A DNA stretch of 21,588 nt from Caldisphaera sp. GTDB lineage: Archaea; Thermoproteota; Thermoprotei_A; Sulfolobales; Acidilobaceae. The notes below the pieces were generated by a model. The model ran no database searches, was not told the origin of the DNA, and was given only the letters and a program-made list of their open reading frames with translations. This document shows, piece by piece, positions 17,635 to 21,588 of this stretch. The stretch covers positions 1 through 21,588 of the forward strand of contig JBMFKU010000021.1 of assembly GCA_049971805.1 (NCBI GenBank), read 5' to 3'. Both the position numbers and the translations under genes were made by a program. Position 1 is the stretch's first letter. Every line of letters starts with the position of its first letter.

Positions 17635-19320
17635 ATGAGTAATAAAATATTTCCTCCTGATCCTACAGCCAAAAAAGGCTTTTATGATATCAATATTTAT
17701 TTAGAGGCTGTGAAAAGATATCCTAATTTAGTCAAACTAATCGAAAACAAATCAATAGAAAATGGAGAAAAGACTTGGCTTATATATGAAGATGGTAGAG
17801 AATTTACTTATAAAGAAGTTAATGATTTAAGTACGTCATTTTTTGCTGGGCTCAAATCTTTAGGAATTAATAAGGAAGAAAAAATTGCCATTTTTGCAAA
17901 TAATTCTCCTGAATGGATAATAAGTTATTTTGGTATATTAAAGGCAGGTGCTATTCCTGTTACTGTTAATATAAACTTTATTAAAGATCCTCTAATATAT
18001 AACCTAGAAAAATCTGACACAAGCCATTTAATAATAGATTCAAAATTATTACAAGCATTTATAGATGTAGAAGATAAATTAAAGAATAAAATAAAGAATT
18101 TAATAATAATTGGCGACGTAGAAGATAAATTAAAGAATAAAATAAAGACTCAGTGGATGTTATATAAGGATTTACTCAAATCTAGTAATGAAAAAGAAGT
18201 GTCTAGCCAAAAGCCATATGACATAGCAGCAATGATACTTACTTCTGGTACAACAGGTCCATCTAAAGTAGTTGCAGATACACATGCCCAATTTATTTAT
18301 ACGGCCTTAGATATGATAGATGCAGGTGGAGTAACGCCAAACAGTAATGTTTATGTTTACCTACCATTATATCACATTATGGCATTAGATTTAGCAACTA
18401 TATCTTCCATGTTAGCTAACGCAAAGATGGTTTTAGTAAAAACATTATACGCTAGTCGTTTTTGGGAAGATATAAACAAGTACAATATAACTCATTTTCA
18501 TGCAGTTGGGCCAATTTTAGAAATTTTATTTAAGCAACCAAAAACCGATTTAGAAATAAATCATGGACAGCTAATAGCTATAGCATATACGTCCAAGGTA
18601 GTATGGCTAGAAGCAGTAAAAAGATTTAACATCTATATAACTGGCGGATATGGATCAACAGAAGCAGGAATACCAGTAACTAGTCCCTATGATGAAGTTA
18701 TAGAAAGAAAAGTACCTCCAGGATCTTCGGGTAAACCTGCACCACCTTTTGAAATAGATATAGTTGATGAAGATGGATTTTCTTTGCCACCAAATAAAGT
18801 TGGTGAAATAGTTGTTAGACCAAAACTACCATGGTCAATTTTCAGAGAATATTATAACATGCCAGATAAAACTATAGAAGCGTTTAAGGGATTGTGGTTC
18901 CATACAGGTGATTTAGGTGTATTTGATGAAAATGGCTATCTATACTTTGTAGACAGAGCAAAAGATGCCATAAGGAAAAAAGGAGAAAATATTTCATCTT
19001 ATGAAATAGAACAAACTTTATTAAAATTTGACAAAATAAAGGAAGCTGCAGTTATCCCTGTTCCTTCCGAAATAGGAGAAGATGAAGTTATGGCAGTAAT
19101 ATCACTAAAAGAAAAGGTTAATCCCGAAGAAATTATTGACTTTTGCCTAGAAAACATGCCTAAATTCTGGGTACCAAGGTATATTAGATTTGTAGATTCC
19201 TTGCCAAGAACTCCAACAGGAAGAATAGAGAAATATAAATTACGCAATCAAGGTATAACTAATGATACTGTAGATATGAATTTATATATAAAACAAAAAT
19301 TACAATCCACTAAAAGATGA
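17635..19320 (+). CDS. AMP-dependent acyl-CoA ligase (CaiC-like subgroup)
   Basis: LTSGTTGPSK, GYGSTE, WFHTGD, FVDRAKDAIRKKGENISSYEIE and LPRTPTGRIEK. An AGGTGA SD favours ATG 17635. Confidence 0.9.
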   Translation: MSNKIFPPDPTAKKGFYDINIYLEAVKRYPNLVKLIENKSIENGEKTWLIYEDGREFTYKEVNDLSTSFFAGLKSLGINKEEKIAIFANNSPEWIISYFGILKAGAIPVTVNINFIKDPLIYNLEKSDTSHLIIDSKLLQAFIDVEDKLKNKIKNLIIIGDVEDKLKNKIKTQWMLYKDLLKSSNEKEVSSQKPYDIAAMILTSGTTGPSKVVADTHAQFIYTALDMIDAGGVTPNSNVYVYLPLYHIMALDLATISSMLANAKMVLVKTLYASRFWEDINKYNITHFHAVGPILEILFKQPKTDLEINHGQLIAIAYTSKVVWLEAVKRFNIYITGGYGSTEAGIPVTSPYDEVIERKVPPGSSGKPAPPFEIDIVDEDGFSLPPNKVGEIVVRPKLPWSIFREYYNMPDKTIEAFKGLWFHTGDLGVFDENGYLYFVDRAKDAIRKKGENISSYEIEQTLLKFDKIKEAAVIPVPSEIGEDEVMAVISLKEKVNPEEIIDFCLENMPKFWVPRYIRFVDSLPRTPTGRIEKYKLRNQGITNDTVDMNLYIKQKLQSTKR

Positions 19321-20090
19321 TAGATATGGAAAAGGTATTAACAGAAATTATTGAAAACATATTAATAGTAACTTTAAATGATCCAAACAATAGAAATGCT
19401 GTAGATTTTGATATGGCAAATGAACTTGAAAAAATATGGATAAATTTTGAGAAAAATGATAATCTTAATGTAGCTATAATAACGGGTTCAGGAAATAATT
19501 TCTCAGCAGGCGCAAATCTATATGATGTTAAAAGATTATTGAATAGGGTTGAAAATCCTAATGGTCCTTTAGGCTTTACAAGACTAATAATAAATAAACC
19601 AGTTATAGCCGCTATAAATGGCTATTGTGTTGCAGGAGGATTAGAAATAGCCCTATGGGCTGACATAAGAGTTGCAGGAAAGAATTCAAAGTTCGGATTT
19701 TTGGAAAGAAGATTTGGTGTTCCATTAATAGATGGAGGAACTCAAAGGCTTCCTAAAATAATAGGTTTAGGAAGGGCCTTGGATCTTATTTTAACTGGTA
19801 GGCTAATAGATGCCCAAGAGGCCTACCAAATAGGTTTAATAAATTATTTAGTAAAAGACAATGAAGTATTAAGCAAAAGCATTGAAATAGCTAAAATGAT
19901 AAGCAGTTTTCCACAAAACACGCTAAGAAACGATAGACTTTCTGTTTATGAAGGACTAGGAAGCAGATTAAGCGATGGATTAAATATTGAGATGAAATAT
20001 GGTATAAACTCTATAAAAACTAATGAATTAATAAATGGAAGCGAGCTTTTTAAAAAAGGACTAGGAAGGCATGGAGAAATCATTAAATAA
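19317..20090 (+). CDS. Enoyl-CoA hydratase/crotonase family protein
   Basis: FSAGANL, KPVIAAINGYCVAGGLEIALWAD and GVPLIDGGTQRLPKIIG. It overlaps the ligase stop (ATGA). Confidence 0.9.
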   Translation: MIDMEKVLTEIIENILIVTLNDPNNRNAVDFDMANELEKIWINFEKNDNLNVAIITGSGNNFSAGANLYDVKRLLNRVENPNGPLGFTRLIINKPVIAAINGYCVAGGLEIALWADIRVAGKNSKFGFLERRFGVPLIDGGTQRLPKIIGLGRALDLILTGRLIDAQEAYQIGLINYLVKDNEVLSKSIEIAKMISSFPQNTLRNDRLSVYEGLGSRLSDGLNIEMKYGINSIKTNELINGSELFKKGLGRHGEIIK

Positions 20091-20320
20091 TTTTACATTT
20101 TTATTAAAATAAAGACTTGAGTTTTCTTAAGGATTTAAGTTAATTTGGGCTTATTAGGTTTAACAGTTTTTCTATTATGACTTTAATTAGTGTTTTTGGA
20201 TGTTATTTAGCAACATTAAATGCTACATCTAGAATGCTATATGATATGAGCAAAAAGAGCAGTTAATGAATTAAAGAAAATGATGGAATTATAAAGCTAA
20301 AAAAGTTATAATTTATTATT

Positions 20321-21288
20321 TTAAACATTGTATATATTTTTATACTGGGCTCTAATAGTTTTTTTATCAAATTTTCCTGTACTTGTCTTCGGTATTTCAT
20401 TTACAAAGAATATCTTATCTGGAATCTGCCATTTAGCAAATCTTTTTGACAAGTGTTCCTTTAATTCTTTTTCAAGCTCATTAAAATCTTTATTTTTATA
20501 CTGTTCTCTTAACACAACTAGAGCAATGGGTCTTTCTTCCCATTTAGGATGTGGAACACCTACTACCGATGCTTCTAAAACTGCAGGATGAGCCATTAAG
20601 TAGTTTTCCAAATCTATACTAGAAATCCATTCGCCTCCACTTTTTATTAGATCTTTTATTCTGTCTACAATTTTTATATACCCATTCTCATCAATAGTTG
20701 CAGCATCTCCAGACTTCCACCAATTATCAACAAAGGATTCCTTACTTCTTTCATCATTATAATATTGATTTGCTATCCACGGGCCTTTTATCAAAAGTTC
20801 CCCAACACTTTTTCCATCCCATGGAAGCTCTCTTCCTGCAGGATCTACAATCTTTACTTCAACCCCAAATAGTGGCAACCCTTGCTTTCTGGCATTTTCT
20901 ATTTGATCTTGTTCGCTCATTTGCTTTATCTTTTTCTTCGGTAAATTGGCTACAATTAGTGGAGCTGTTTCTGTTGCTCCATATGCATGTACTATGTTTA
21001 TCCCAAATTCTTTTAACTGCATCATTAAGGCTAAAGGTGGTTCCGTTGCTCCTGAAAGGAACCTTAAATTATTTAGCTTTGGCTTAGGTTCTATCTTCCT
21101 GAAAACTTCTAATAAAGGAATTAATATCGCAGGTGCTCCCGCTGATACTATAACTCCTTCATTTATTAAGATATTGGCTAAACTTTCAGGTGTGTATCTT
21201 CCTGGTAAAACAATTTTTGATCCCATCATAGTCGCAGCAATATGGAATCCCCAACCATTTGCATGGAATAAAGGAACTACAGCTGCTC
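20321..21288 (-). pseudogene. 5'-truncated long-chain fatty acid-CoA ligase
   Basis: The frame extends upstream only to AAVVPLFHANGWG and has no SGTTG motif. It contains HAYGATET, WKSGD, DRIKDLIKSGGEWISS and IPKTSTGK. Confidence 0.8.
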
Positions 21289-21588
21289 AAGTCAGCATTT
21301 ATAACTTTCCCTATGTGGGGACACTTAAACAAACCACGTTTTATGCGTCCACTTTCGTGGACTTCCCCGCACAGGGAACAAGCCTTAGAAGTGTATGCCT
21401 CATCAACATCAACTACTTTCACCCCAACTCTTCCCCAATTTCATAAAAACGCCTAATGATGTAATCGTAGTTCCAGAAGTTCACCGTTAACTTATTACCG
21501 TTGTTCTTAGAAATATCTTTTGGATAGCCTATAATTACCTCACCTATACCTTTTTCCCTTAACTCCTTCATTATCTTTCTAACCATAC
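21289..21588 (-). mobile_element. tnpB: IS200/IS605-family tnpB 3' fragment, truncated after NADL
   Basis: MVRKIMKELREKG...IGYPKDIS...NKLTVNFWNY...VDEAYTSKACSLCG...RGLFKCPHIGKVINADL is the TnpB zinc ribbon plus RuvC-III. The usual NGAxNI tail is missing. Confidence 0.88.

Noticed and set aside
20110-20135. GACTTGAGTTTTCTTAAG as a FadR-like fatty-acid regulator site
   Set aside because: Weak palindrome between convergent genes; the resemblance is from memory only.
7732-21456. ORFs 7732-7983, 9252-9440, 10498-10719, 13798-14025, 18999-19247, 20328-20591, 20698-21087, 20946-21446 and 21259-21456
   Set aside because: Antisense to recognisable genes or pseudogenes, with no motifs of their own.
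1-21588. tRNA, rRNA or integrase/att(tRNA) signals
   Set aside because: No GC-rich cloverleaf, rRNA-like segment or recombinase gene seen.

Overview
AT-rich (roughly 30% GC by eye) archaeal DNA, judged from GGTGA Shine-Dalgarno sites, TATA-type promoters and archaeal protein families. A Caldisphaera/Acidilobales-like thermoacidophile is a plausible but unverified source. Intact-looking genes encode a class-III aminotransferase (partial), a metal-dependent amidohydrolase, a COG2521-type SAM methyltransferase, an operon of a divergent FAD oxidoreductase plus a double-domain GlcG/HbpS protein, an EamA transporter, an archaeal ATPase with wHTH and zinc ribbon, MscS, a GNAT, an acyl-CoA ligase and an enoyl-CoA hydratase. 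Between them is heavy decay: deletion chimeras, an intragenic inversion, frameshifts and IS605/tnpB remnants. The most notable unannotated signal is a 37-codon gene with its own SD, TATA and upstream palindrome, present three times (two identical copies, one 51% identical). It lies upstream of both FAD-oxidoreductase paralogs, and its two identical copies form an exact 190-bp direct repeat around the ATPase gene, which has a perfect 26-bp palindrome in its promoter.
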